Virus record (IMG/VR): IMGVR_UViG_2940228231_000002
Location: 49,741 to 113,740 of that record
Reading direction: 5' to 3' (one strand)
From: a virus
Lineage: Duplodnaviria; Caudoviricetes
Length of the DNA stretch: 64,000 nucleotides
Shown here: piece by piece, positions 1 to 10,551 of the stretch
Layout of the letters: the number at the start of each line of letters is the position of its first letter
Numbering within the stretch: the stretch's first letter is position 1
The notes under the pieces: generated by a model
What the model was told of the DNA's origin: nothing
What the model saw: only the letters and a program-made list of their open reading frames with translations
Database searches by the model: none
Position numbers and translations under genes: made by a program

Positions 1-1
1 G

Positions 2-157
2 CTCGCAATTTTCGGCACATTCTTCAATCAATTCTTGCCTCAGATATGGGTCATATAATATTTCCAGTATATCTTCCGCATCTTCCACCAATGTTTCCAC
101 TGCAAGCGACAGATTATCGAGCATTTCCGTGCTCCCCAAATATTCCTTCATATTCAT
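2..157 (-). CDS. Hypothetical early protein, partial (runs off the window start)
   Basis: Hand translation MNMKEYLGSTEMLDNLSLAVETLVEDAEDILEILYDPYLRQELIEECAENCE...; purine-rich RBS upstream; same strand as neighbouring genes. Confidence 0.6.
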   Translation of the reverse strand, partial: MNMKEYLGSTEMLDNLSLAVETLVEDAEDILEILYDPYLRQELIEECAENCE

Positions 158-303
158 TTTTTGCCTTTCCTTTCAATCAAAAAAGTGGGCACATTTTTCG
201 CCCACCTTTTACGCAGCATTTCGCCATTTTCAATTTTTGCGTTATATTTTACACCTTTTGATTTTCCATTTTTTCGGTATTATTCATATGTATATATAGT
301 GTT

Positions 304-639
304 CTATTTTTCGGTCTTATGCTTAATCACGTCGATAATCTCATCATCGTATATATCGGCAGTTCCCATGTTGTTATACACAAGCGTATATTTCGCCCCT
401 ACTTCAAATTCCCCATATACGCCCCACCATCCACCTTCTTCATTGTCAAAGGTAAATTCCGTGGTAATTTTGCCACCTTCCACGTGGTTGCCCACTGCCG
501 TTGCCCCTGCAAAACGGATATTCTGCAATGGAATAATGGCACTACTGCCAATAAAAATGCTCATAGTTATTGCGATTAATTTAATCTTCATGGTGCTCAC
601 TCTCCTAATATATATACTTGCCACGTTGTTCGTCGGCAA
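304..639 (-). CDS. Hypothetical secreted or membrane-anchored protein (likely start MKIKLI at 591)
   Basis: N-terminal hydrophobic signal-like segment; AGGAG RBS before the internal ATG. Confidence 0.65.
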   Translation of the reverse strand: MPTNNVASIYIRRVSTMKIKLIAITMSIFIGSSAIIPLQNIRFAGATAVGNHVEGGKITTEFTFDNEEGGWWGVYGEFEVGAKYTLVYNNMGTADIYDDEIIDVIKHKTEK

Positions 640-1111
640 TCTGCTCTAATGTTCTGTGCCCCACTACAATTTCAATTGTGGATTTTGGGTAATGGTTCGC
701 CTGATACTTGCGTGCCTCATATTTCACTTCGCCAAACGCAGGACGCAAATCGCCCTTCTTAGCTATCTTGTGGGCTAAATCGCCCCATGATACTTGGCAC
801 TCCTCTTCATGCTCATAATACATATTGAGTATGCAGTCACTCGTCTTTGATGCCTCTATGCACTTCTGCCACGGTGTCCAATTTGCGTGCCCACCACTCT
901 TTGTTGGGTCAGATACTACTGGTCGGTAAATTGCCAGTCGTGGTCTGCCCTTGTAGTAGCCATTTTTGCCCTTAACTTTATAGTCCATGCAATAAAATAC
1001 GCCCTTCTCGTCTTGCCCATAGATCGCCCCTTTGGGTAGTTCTCGCTCATGATATTTGAAGCCATGTGCCTTGACTATTTTTAGTCGCACTGGGTATTTG
1101 CGTGTGTTCAT
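605..1111 (-). CDS. Hypothetical early protein
   Basis: 168-aa ORF; GGAGGTG RBS; start overlaps the stop of the upstream small ORF. Confidence 0.75.
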   Translation of the reverse strand: MNTRKYPVRLKIVKAHGFKYHERELPKGAIYGQDEKGVFYCMDYKVKGKNGYYKGRPRLAIYRPVVSDPTKSGGHANWTPWQKCIEASKTSDCILNMYYEHEEECQVSWGDLAHKIAKKGDLRPAFGEVKYEARKYQANHYPKSTIEIVVGHRTLEQIADEQRGKYIY

Positions 1112-1245
1112 TTTCTCACACCTCCTGCTGTTGGACTCTTGATTGGTACAGCAATAAGCTTGCCAGTTCTTTCATCTCGCACTGCCCTAACAAATGCACA
1201 CTGCATCTGGGCAGACTGATTGCGTTTCTGTTCGTCATTCTTCAT
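1108..1245 (-). CDS. Small hypothetical protein (45 aa, not in the ORF track)
   Basis: MKNDEQKRNQSAQMQCAFVRAVRDERTGKLIAVPIKSPTAGGVRK*; GGAGGTGG RBS; ATGA overlap with the next gene. Confidence 0.6.
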   Translation of the reverse strand: MKNDEQKRNQSAQMQCAFVRAVRDERTGKLIAVPIKSPTAGGVRK

Positions 1246-1257
1246 TTTCGCCACCTC

Positions 1258-1416
1258 CTACATTGGTGCAATGCCGTATTCGTGCAGTTTGCCACTAAGC
1301 CATACTAAAACTAGTGCCGTGCCTAGTACGCACTTCACAGAAAAAACGATTATTTGTTTCGTGGTGAGTTCTTCACTAGACCACTTGGCGTACGCCTCTT
1401 CAAAGTTATATTTCAT
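1258..1416 (-). CDS. Small membrane protein
   Basis: MKYNFEEAYAKW... with one hydrophobic helix (IIVFSVKCVLGTALVLVWL); RBS AAGGGAAG. Confidence 0.6.
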   Translation of the reverse strand: MKYNFEEAYAKWSSEELTTKQIIVFSVKCVLGTALVLVWLSGKLHEYGIAPM

Positions 1417-1745
1417 GATTGGTTCTTCCCTTCTTTGCCACTTAAAAATGGGCAGACTGATTGCGTCACTGCCCACTTATTTTTTCGCCCACGTATGACG
1501 CTTGCCACGGTGTATCGGCTGATTGCCAATTATTGCACACGCAAGGCATAAATATTGCGTTACGGCACACTTATTGCGTATATTTTGCGTGCTGTTTGCC
1601 GTTTATAAACCTACTTATGATAAATTCGCTTATTATAAGCCTACAATATAAGGTTTGTTTGTACACTAAAAAAGCAAGGCAAGTGCCTTGCTTTCCGTTC
1701 CCATATTAAAAAGGCAAGGGAAATACTCCCTTGCCTATATGATGC

Positions 1746-2582
1746 CTATGCAGTCTTAACCTGTGCTTTGGCTTTCGCTTCTACGGTTGAAACCTTGCTC
1801 TTCTCATGCTCTTCAATCGCTGACTTCAAACCGTCCTTGTCTGCCTTTGCTACGTATGATTGTATGATACTCTTCTTAAGTCCAGACTTGCTAGCTCTAC
1901 GTTGTAGCCGTTGCCATGACTTCGTTGCAGTCTGTTCGGCTGAAGTAACAAAGTCCTTGTGGGTCTTCAAGCCAATCAATTGATAAGCTATATACTGCTC
2001 TACTTGTTTACGGAATGCATTGGCATTCACTTGACTATACATTGTGGTGGTGTATATCGGCTCTTCCCTTCTCACTCTTGCACGCTCTACCTGTATCTCT
2101 TCAATCTTGCTTGCCTTGACTGTATCGGATAAACGCTTGTTCTGTTCGATTTTTTCTACTTCATCGGCAAACTTCTTCATAATTGCCTTGCCCTCTTCGG
2201 TCAATTCTCTTCTATGAGCCTTCGGTAACAAGGCTTTGTGATTGCCCAAAGTCTTGACGATTGCTTGTTGTTCGGCTGTCGGAATGCCCAACATTGATAG
2301 AATCGCCTTGAATGAGATGTCTAAACCTGTGCCAGTGCCACCATTAAAAGCCTTGAAAAGTGCTTTTTGATAGTCTTCAACCTTTAGCTTGTAATCAACA
2401 AATGCAATGGCTGAGCCTGTAGCATCCCACTGTTTTTTGTCAAACGGTAGATAAGCCTTGCCGTCTGCACAAGCTGTTGCCTTTGCTTTTAGCTGTTCGG
2501 TTAGGTTATTGGCTGTTGCCAATGGTGTTGCCTTTGGTTCTGCCTTTGCTGTAGCGTTCGTTTTTAGATTGTTCTTTTTCAT
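1746..2582 (-). CDS. Lys/Ala-rich hypothetical early protein (first gene of the leftward unit)
   Basis: 278-aa ORF with strong RBS (AAGGAGAAGG) and two hairpin terminators downstream (1668-1740). Confidence 0.85.
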   Translation of the reverse strand: MKKNNLKTNATAKAEPKATPLATANNLTEQLKAKATACADGKAYLPFDKKQWDATGSAIAFVDYKLKVEDYQKALFKAFNGGTGTGLDISFKAILSMLGIPTAEQQAIVKTLGNHKALLPKAHRRELTEEGKAIMKKFADEVEKIEQNKRLSDTVKASKIEEIQVERARVRREEPIYTTTMYSQVNANAFRKQVEQYIAYQLIGLKTHKDFVTSAEQTATKSWQRLQRRASKSGLKKSIIQSYVAKADKDGLKSAIEEHEKSKVSTVEAKAKAQVKTA

Positions 2583-3367
2583 GGTTTCCTTCTCCTTCTC
2601 CGTCTACTGACGGTTAACAAATGTATTCAAGTGGGATTGTCCCACTTGCTCAAAACAACCAGTAGTAGATTGGCTTAAGCAAGTGCCTAACCTGTAGGCA
2701 CTTGAATATAAAAACGTACGTTGTACGGTCAAAGTCATGTTGTGATATATATGGGATTGCTCCCTTGTCCATAACCGTCACATTCCTGTGCTGACTATCT
2801 CTAGCCGTCACGGTTAGTTGCCCTTGTGGGTAAGACTCTATATATATTTGTTAAGGTTCAATCTAGTTATGCCATTTCCGTCGCTGTCGATATGTCAACT
2901 AAAGCATTAATTCAAAAATAAAGCAAGCGAAAAAATGAAAAAAGGCTAAAAAAGATATACGGAAACCTTATAACCGTTGGAATACCAACATTTATAAAGA
3001 GTTTTAACTAATGTTAAAAGTTAAAACTGGGGGGTAGGTTTTTCCCAAAGCCTTGCAATCACTGGATTAGATCCGGTTAGGGGGTATCAAAAGCACGTAA
3101 TTTAACCCCCGAAACCACCGATTCTGACCCTTTTTTCTATCGAACGTAACTTCGGTAAAACCCCCTAAACTAGCATTATCAACGCTCCTACGCCCCCTGT
3201 ATAATTCCGTTGCAAATGCAACGAAACTACAAATAGAGGTGCAAATCCCCCAAGGAAAGCCACTTTATAGCCGAATGTGTATATATCGCACTGCGATACA
3301 TGTGCAGCAGAAGCCCCCGTTTGCAGTCCCCCGCCCAAAAACTTTTCAAATAAATGTAACAAAAAGC

Positions 3368-3396
3368 TTGCATTTCCCCCTCAAATGTGCTATAAT
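3368..3396 (+). promoter_or_regulatory. Sigma-A-type promoter upstream of the recombinase
   Basis: TTGCAT-17 nt-TATAAT with an extended -10 TG. Confidence 0.65.
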
Positions 3397-3600
3397 GTAG
3401 AAAATGGATAAGAAGCCTGCTGCGGGAAACCGAAGAATGCGCCAGTTGTTGCAAATTGGGCATTTATAAGCAACAAGCGAGTGAGACATGTGCTGCATGC
3501 CGTGTCTTAAGTTATCGGGCTGCTTTTCAAAAATAAGTAATAAAAGGGATATAAGGGGCACACATTCGCCCCGAGGAGAGCTAATAAAGGGGGAGATAAA

Positions 3601-4467
3601 ATGTTAGCAAATAAATACAATTATGAGGACTATTACAAGGCGAATAAGACGCACACAGAGGAAGGGGCAACTTACGAGGATACACAGATACTGCCCTTCC
3701 CCACTATGAGGGAGCAGGAAGAGGAGCAGGGGCAAGAAGTAGCCACCCCCCTCCCACTACAAAAAGGAGCAGAGGGAGAACACAACCCCTCCCCTTCACG
3801 TAGTGACATATATAGAAAGCCTACCACCACCCAGTACAAGTCAGACGGCATATTAAAGCCAACCGCTGCCGATCCCATCAGGGATGCCAGTGACGTGCAA
3901 AAGATGTTAACATACTTTCTTGACAAAGGTAAGGTACGGGACTATACATTTTTGACGCTTGGTATATCGTTTGCCCTAAGAGCGGGCGATCTACTGTCGC
4001 TTAAGATAGAGGACGTATTTAACTTAGATGGCACAGTGAAGAGCCACTTTGTCATTTACGAGGATAAGACAAACAAGAGGCAGAAGGTGCACATCAATGA
4101 GAAGTGCAAGGAAGCCCTGTCCCTTTATCTAGACTCACTGGATGACGTATACAGCACTGACCCACTGTTTATGAGTAGGCAGCGCGATCAGTGGGGCAAC
4201 AAAAAGGCGATTACCATTCAGCAGGCAATCACGGTGCTAAAGAAGGCGGCCAAGGAGTGTGGCGTTAAGGGGCACATTAGCAGTCATAGTATGAGGAAGA
4301 CATTCGCCTACCACACGATAAAGAACAATGAGGGCAATCAAGAGGTGTTACTGATGTTACAGCACATGTACAAGCACACGGACATAAAGACCACATTCAG
4401 GTACTGCGGGATTGAAGAGGAGCAGATTGACGCACTGAGAGAAGATATAGGCGGGATTTTACTATGA
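3601..4467 (+). CDS. Tyrosine recombinase/integrase
   Basis: Catalytic motifs ALRAGDLL (R), EDKTNK (K), SHSMRK (HxxR), HMYKH and TFRYCG (Y). Confidence 0.92.
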   Translation: MLANKYNYEDYYKANKTHTEEGATYEDTQILPFPTMREQEEEQGQEVATPLPLQKGAEGEHNPSPSRSDIYRKPTTTQYKSDGILKPTAADPIRDASDVQKMLTYFLDKGKVRDYTFLTLGISFALRAGDLLSLKIEDVFNLDGTVKSHFVIYEDKTNKRQKVHINEKCKEALSLYLDSLDDVYSTDPLFMSRQRDQWGNKKAITIQQAITVLKKAAKECGVKGHISSHSMRKTFAYHTIKNNEGNQEVLLMLQHMYKHTDIKTTFRYCGIEEEQIDALREDIGGILL

Positions 4468-5082
4468 GGCGGCGAGTAAGGAGCGAAGTACAGTGTCCCT
4501 ATAGAGCGAGGAAAGGATTTAGGCAAGCAACTTATCAAGTGGCGAGTAAAAGTAGCCACATACGTCGCTCAAGAGTCTGTACGGTGTCATATGGGGCAAG
4601 GGTCGGTATGCAGATAGGCATAGAAGCAGTGGCCCACATTACAGGGCAAGAGAAGAGAGAGCCACCATGAGGCTGGAACAGTAAGGGGCGGGATAAGACA
4701 CAGAAGTCCACATCCCCCTTCCCCACCACAGGGGCAAGTAAGTAGTAGTGATAGTAAGCAGTGAGGGGCGTGACTTGCAAGTAGCGATGGAGACACACAG
4801 TAGGAGGCAAAGAGGAGTAGCGAGGGAGAGAGGGAGGCAGGGGTATGGCGCAAGCCACACGAGCGTAAGCGAAGCATAAGCGATTGCTGAAAAGCAAGAG
4901 CGCCCTAAAATCTACTTATTGTATTAAAATACAATATTAATTTAAGGATTCAGAAAATACATATTTTGGGTGACGGTAAACTATATGTGTATCCCATAGT
5001 GTTACCACCAAACGGTGATTTTCTGATAGTCATGCTAAAATTGAAAAACTACAAAAAAACACGAAAAATTAGAGGAGAAAAA

Positions 5083-5925
5083 ATGATAGAAAAAGATAAA
5101 AAAAAGATCAGAAAAGATGATCAGCGAAGATATATAATTGTGCCTTCAGAAATTTGGGAGAAGAGAAATGAATATAGACTTCTTCTGCCGATATTTGTTT
5201 TCTTACAAACTCACAGGAGATTTGATGAAAAAGTAACGGCAAATATGCAAATGTTAATGGGAGCATGTGGGTTCTCATACGAAAATAAGCATAATAGAAA
5301 GAAAAATATTGAGGAAATTTGCACCACATTAGACTATTTGAAAGAGACCTATCACATTGAAAAGTTCACAGCTATTGATAATACGACAGAGGTAGATATT
5401 AGATGTATTATGCCGTCGGCAGTGTTTATCATAGAGATGAATATTTTAATTACAAACTTCAGACAAGATGACAAGTTGTTTATCAAAATATGGGTGGAAG
5501 ACTATGTTGCCATCTGCAATCATTTTTCAAAAAACAATAGGACGCAACTTAGAGGTGCATTAATGTTATATGCTTATGTTGTTCGTAGCATGTTTTGGAA
5601 GAGCTCTAGGAGTTTTGATACAGAGGAAGAACTTTGTATGTATATAGATGAAAACCCTGAGTACTTTAGAAAAGATATACAGTCCATCGCAGATGATCTC
5701 AACATGAGTGGAATGTCTAAATCAACCATAGGACGTCTGCTTAAGCTCTTAGAAAGTGCAGGAGCCCTACACCACAGGACTGGATATGTGATAACTAAAA
5801 AAGGTACGGTGTCTAATGTAGGAACAGTTATGGTGCGCCACACGCCCTATTGGGAAAGAGAATTAGATTCTGCACTGCATAAGGAATTAAATAAGAGAAG
5901 GAGATATAAAAATGCGGAAAATTGA
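5083..5925 (+). CDS. Putative winged-HTH DNA-binding/replication protein
   Basis: C-terminal HTH-like segment IQSIADDLNMSGMSKSTIGRLLKLLE; AGGAG RBS before ATG 5083. Confidence 0.55.
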   Translation: MIEKDKKKIRKDDQRRYIIVPSEIWEKRNEYRLLLPIFVFLQTHRRFDEKVTANMQMLMGACGFSYENKHNRKKNIEEICTTLDYLKETYHIEKFTAIDNTTEVDIRCIMPSAVFIIEMNILITNFRQDDKLFIKIWVEDYVAICNHFSKNNRTQLRGALMLYAYVVRSMFWKSSRSFDTEEELCMYIDENPEYFRKDIQSIADDLNMSGMSKSTIGRLLKLLESAGALHHRTGYVITKKGTVSNVGTVMVRHTPYWERELDSALHKELNKRRRYKNAEN

Positions 5926-6691
5926 AGACAAACTCTTTATTCAGATTCCAAAAGACATTTTTGTTGTCGCACGAAGAAATAAGCTAATATTGCCTCTGTT
6001 TATAGAGATAAAATCATCTCCAAACAATTATGAAACTCAGAAATTAGACTTAAATAAAGTGGTTGAAAAAATTGGCACTCCTGAATCACATTTGTTAGAT
6101 GAGTTGAAATATATAGAACTTGTCAACAGTGCGATTGATAAGATGAGATGTTATGGAGATATTAAATATGCGAAATTTAAGAAGAGCGGAGAATTTTCCG
6201 TAAATAGCTCCGTATCATTTGTCCCACAAACATCTTATTTGAAATATAAAGAACGCCCTTATGTTGTTGGATATTATGAGGATTTTAGGGCGATTATTAA
6301 CTACTGTGAGGCAAATGAAGTGCCTATAATTGGTGAAATGTGCGTGATGTACACTTATATTAAGAAAGCAATTTTTAATGCATCATATAGCTTAGACTTT
6401 GCAGACCCCAGCGATTGGTCTGCATATGTTGTGGAGAATCCTGAATATCGGGTGTTGAGCATTAATACGATTTATAACGGAATAAAGCCTGCAATGGACA
6501 AGGAGCAGATAGATACAGTAATAAAAGCCCTTGATGATTGCGAAGCCCTCCACTATCGAAAGCTAGAGGACGGGAGATACTTATTTGTAAATGACTCAGT
6601 TTACTGGGAATTAGAAATGGATAGTGCTATTAAGAAAGAGCGAGAATTAGAGGACTCTCGCGCGAAAGAAGAAGAAAGGAGTTCTAGTTAA
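5912..6691 (+). CDS. Paralog of the preceding gene (putative DNA-binding protein)
   Basis: Shared motifs ENPEY, ALH, YWE.E.DSA and ED..AI with 5083-5925. Confidence 0.6.
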   Translation: MRKIEDKLFIQIPKDIFVVARRNKLILPLFIEIKSSPNNYETQKLDLNKVVEKIGTPESHLLDELKYIELVNSAIDKMRCYGDIKYAKFKKSGEFSVNSSVSFVPQTSYLKYKERPYVVGYYEDFRAIINYCEANEVPIIGEMCVMYTYIKKAIFNASYSLDFADPSDWSAYVVENPEYRVLSINTIYNGIKPAMDKEQIDTVIKALDDCEALHYRKLEDGRYLFVNDSVYWELEMDSAIKKERELEDSRAKEEERSSS

Positions 6692-6712
6692 ATTGACGGC
6701 TAGTAAAAGTGA

Positions 6713-6913
6713 ATGACAGAAAGGATTAGAGATTTATTCACCTGTAAGAACTGCCAATGGAGTACGCAGTGTGGTGATAGCAACGGGGAAATTTGTGAGT
6801 GGTACGACTCACTATGCGAGTTAGAGGGCGAAGTTGAAGAGCGCCTAATAGTTGAAGCCAATCGCCTAAAATATGGGCACGATTGGGAGATTTATATAAA
6901 AGAAGACAATTAG
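6713..6913 (+). CDS. Small Cys-containing hypothetical protein
   Basis: CKNCxxxxxC...C motif; fills the operon gap. Confidence 0.6.
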   Translation: MTERIRDLFTCKNCQWSTQCGDSNGEICEWYDSLCELEGEVEERLIVEANRLKYGHDWEIYIKEDN

Positions 6914-6934
6914 AGATTAAATTAAGGGGGAAAT

Positions 6935-7039
6935 ATGAAAAATATTGTAAAAGCGTTCAAAAATGAACAATTTGGAGAAGTTAGAACTATAAATGATAAT
7001 GATGACTTGGGCGTAGAAAGTGAGGTTCGTATTGTTTGA
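6935..7039 (+). pseudogene. Truncated Bro-N antirepressor-like remnant
   Basis: MKNIVKAFKNEQFGEVRTI... matches the typical Bro-N N-terminus (F.NE.FG.VR) but stops after 34 codons. Confidence 0.55.
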
Positions 7040-7078
7040 TACACAGCAGAAAATGACTAGAGATTGCGGGGTGGTTTA

Positions 7079-10000
7079 ATGTTTGCACCTAAACTATACT
7101 CTGTTTACAAAATATCTTTGCGGGATATTGTGGCGGCTGACTATAGGCTGAGTGGTACTAACGACGAGCTGAGAAAATATCGAGTGCGTCAGCAAGATGG
7201 TGGCATATTACGGCAAATACGCCTCATCACTGGAGACGACGGAAAGTTCAATCCATATATTGTGTTCGTCATGTTAGATAAAAAAGACAAAGAGATTATT
7301 GCCCAAATAATCAGGAACGGCTTTTATATCAACGAGACCCACTTCACATTTAGTGAGAGGTCGGCATCTATGACAAGGAGCGGAATGTTAAGTTTTGTAG
7401 ATACGACAATTATTGACGAACTTAATGAGCGTGTGAATATGGACATTGCAGATACTAAAACGGTACTCAGCAAGAAATATGCATACCGAGGATTGTTCCT
7501 AAGCTCCAGTCATATGCTTGAGGGATTCTTCCCCAAGATGATTGTAGTGCCAGACTACTTCCCCACTATAAAAGACCAGCACATCAAATATGCTTATGAT
7601 GATACGCTGCACTTTGTAGATAAAGAAGGTCGGGAACGCACGTGGACACAAAAGAATATCGCCGAGGGAATTAGGGATATTGAAATAAATGCTTTTGACG
7701 GGAGCGGGATTTGTCACCCTGCTATCTCAAGACAGATAGAGCAATTATTGGGAAGCCCTACCCCTGTCAGCAGTTATATTATCCGCGCACCTTACATTAA
7801 GGGCCTTGTACATGAAATTGATTATGAGTCGTTTTTCTTAGAGCGAGGCATCACACAAATCAAAGATATATGGGGCATATATCACGATTTCTCGGAGCCA
7901 ATGATTATTATGACTGAGGGCATGTATAAGGGGCTTGGATATTTCAAGACCTACGGCGATGAGCGAGATTGGGAGCTTTATTGGGAGAAATTTCATAAGT
8001 ATGAGCATTGCATAGGCATTACAAAGTGGAACTTCACCGCCGATGAAGAGCCTGTGTATACCAGAGCAAATTATCAGATACTGCAAGATTTGAAATTGTC
8101 TTATGAGGACTTTAGGAGCTTGTCGGACTACAGTATTGAATGGGCGGATAAAATTATCCACGGAGATCCATTTTATACATACTCCTTCCTCGGAATGTAC
8201 GCCGATAGTCATAAGGCAAAGAATGACTACATCGCTGCTATTCTTAAAGACCCAGAGATGTTAAAGGAGCAGAGCGTGAAAAAATACTTGCTGAACTCAC
8301 TGACAAAATATCGCAATGATATGAAGTGTGGCAAGTTATGGCTTAAGTCAACATTTAAGTTCTTGGCTCCAGATTTAATTATGCTTATGGAATGGATTGG
8401 CGGGCTTGACCCTGTAGGCTCTTTGGAGAGTGACGAATTTTATTCTCATAGTAAAGACGGGGCTTATGAGGGAGAGTTCTTAATTGAACGGAACCCGCAC
8501 ATCTGCCATAGTGAACATACTATATTGACTGGTGTTCAAAATGAAGTAATCAACACATATTGTTCTCATCTTGATAACGTGTGTATGATCAACTGTAAAA
8601 GTATTGTTCCTCAAAAAATAAACGGGGCCGATTACCCCTTAAAAAGTCCACCCTTGCAGGAATGCAAGGTGTGCAACGGTGTGAACTGCTTATCGGCAGG
8701 TGTGGTGGAAGCACATTGTATTGAGCAGGAAATGGCTCATTAATTCCGCTGCTAACTGGGGAGGTATGAATGTCGTGTTCATAATAATCCAGTGCTACAC
8801 TTTAAGCAAATAAGCTTAAAGAAAGTCTAGAGACTATGGGTGATGAGTGTAGCCCAGTACCTGCCCTATTGATACGGGTTTGGGAAGCGTACCGCCACCA
8901 GAACGGTGGAAGATATAGTCCCTATATATCAATATAGGTTTGATGGAGACCTGATTCTCCTGATTGATAATGAAATGATGATGCGAGGTGTTGACAGAGA
9001 TGCTCCAGTGGTTATGGACATCGAAGACAAAATTACAGCCCTCGCTGAAGAGGATACAATAGATAACCGAGTTAACCTAGTGTTACGCACAATAAACTCC
9101 TTAATTGGAGAAACGAGTAAATATTTGCTCCTTTGTATGGCGACATATAATAGCAAACCTCTTTAATTGCTGGAAACCCCTTAGAGCGTTTCTAACTACA
9201 ACATAATCAGAAATGATAAGTGTGAATGTGTAAAAATAGAAACGATTGGGCAATCAGCAGCCAAGCTCCTTAAACGGAAAAGGTTCAACGACTATCGCAT
9301 GTGCGAGTACATTCAAGCGAATGGAAACGGGAGGCATCTCCATGAGATGAAGATATAGTCTGTACATCTACGGAAACGTAGAGAGATGATATTAGCGACA
9401 TCATCGTAACAAAGTAGAATTGTGCAACAGGTTATCACAATAAGCAACCACGAGACGAGGAAACAAGAAAGAAATACGAGTCTTATGTGGATTTATTAAG
9501 CATAATTAACGGAAAGGTGATAAATGCGTAGGCTGTCACCCTATGTGGCGACACATAGAAAACAAGTTGGTGAACTCGTAAATGCGAGGTGTGCATCTTA
9601 CAGTTGGAATCGCAGGAAATGGCGATTTGAAGATGTGCTAACAGGGAAAAAGATTATCTCAATCCTGTGCCAAGCCTGAGCAGAGATGCTCTTGAAGGTC
9701 AAGAGACTAAGATACACGGGCTTTTTAAGTCTATGAAATCTGTACATGGTGAGTGAAATTCTCTCCGTGGAAGCGCCAACCTCTCACACTTGTGAGATGA
9801 AGATATAGTCCAAATGAGACTACGCCAAAACTGGAGTGTTGTACAACATTCCAAAACACATTGCAAAATATAGTAAGCCCCTGCCCTACTTCATGAAATA
9901 TGCGTCTGAGTATTATAAGGGATTGAATACTTTTTCAAACGCAAACAGCAACATGAATAGACTTTGTAAAGATATTGAGAAATGGAGCAAGAAACAGAGA

Positions 10001-10474
10001 TACACTGGGCTAGATAGAAACTTCGACTACAAAATAATGATAGACGATTCTATTGATATAGAGCCAGAGCTCCAAGAAGAAATAAATAAATTGTATTTAG
10101 AATTCTGTAAAGAAATGGCGGACTTGCACCATGACCAGACAAGCGTCAGAAAACGTGGAGACGAGTCCTTGTCTAAGTATAATGCTATGAACTTTACAAT
10201 TAACTGGGGATATTACTATGACACATATCGTGAAAGAAGCGAGAAAATTTGTGGGGATAAGAAAAAATTAGCAAACATGGCTGTTCGTGCCTGCTATGAA
10301 TTTCACCCGCAAAAGAAGAACTCAAAATTTGCTTGGTGCGTCGCTGGAGATGGTATTGTTGAGAACTTAAAACAACGGTCTCACCCACTCCCGCTTAGAG
10401 ACGATGACGGCGAATATGAGTATCTTGGGAAAAGATATACAATGAAACAAATAGAGGGGGTTGATGAAGAATAA
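7079..10474 (+). CDS. yonO: YonO-like single-subunit DNA-dependent RNA polymerase; spliced from exons 7079-8632, 8939-9118, 9418-9521 and 9817-10474 (~831 aa)
   Basis: Motifs ERSASM.R, FDGSG, IRAPYIKG and ERNPHI. Joining the exons restores catalytic NGAD|FDGD, LIGETS|NCATGYHNK and GKVI|DYAKTG. Synteny (RNAP, HU, terminase) matches SPbeta. Confidence 0.88.
8633..8938 (+). mobile_element. Group I intron 1 in the RNAP gene (306 nt, ORF-less)
   Basis: Exon ends in U and intron ends in G; P7 elements AGAGACTATG (~8829) and AAGATATAGTCC (~8910); removal gives in-frame ADFDGD. Confidence 0.88.
9119..9417 (+). mobile_element. Group I intron 2 in the RNAP gene (299 nt, ORF-less)
   Basis: P1 GAGU/GCUC with a U.G pair; core P AATTGCTGGAAA, Q AATCAGCAG, R TTCAACGACTA, S AAGATATAGTCT; terminal G. 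Confidence 0.92.
9522..9816 (+). mobile_element. Group I intron 3 in the RNAP gene (295 nt, ORF-less)
   Basis: P1 GGUGAU/GUCACC; P10 GCGUAGGCU pairs with the 3' exon AGACUACGC; R CAAGAGACTA, S AAGATATAGTCC; terminal G restores the frame. Confidence 0.9.
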
Positions 10475-10551
10475 TCAATGAAAGGGTTGAAGTATTAGGA
10501 TATTTAAGAGGAGAAAATCTACATAGGGATATCGAGTATCGGATTTGCTTA

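Noticed and set aside
4464-4897. Overlapping short ORFs on both strands after the recombinase
   Set aside because: Low-complexity translations with no convincing RBS; treated as non-coding.
8633-8743. Cys-rich C-terminus of the 559-aa ORF (YPLKSPPLQECKVC...)
   Set aside because: It is read-through into intron 1, not real protein. The same applies to the ends of ORFs 8906, 41113, 44187 and the start of 46222.
7064-10474. RNAP as a pseudogene or a product of stop-codon recoding
   Set aside because: The gaps have group I cores and precise in-frame junctions; genes elsewhere end normally at TAA, TAG and TGA.
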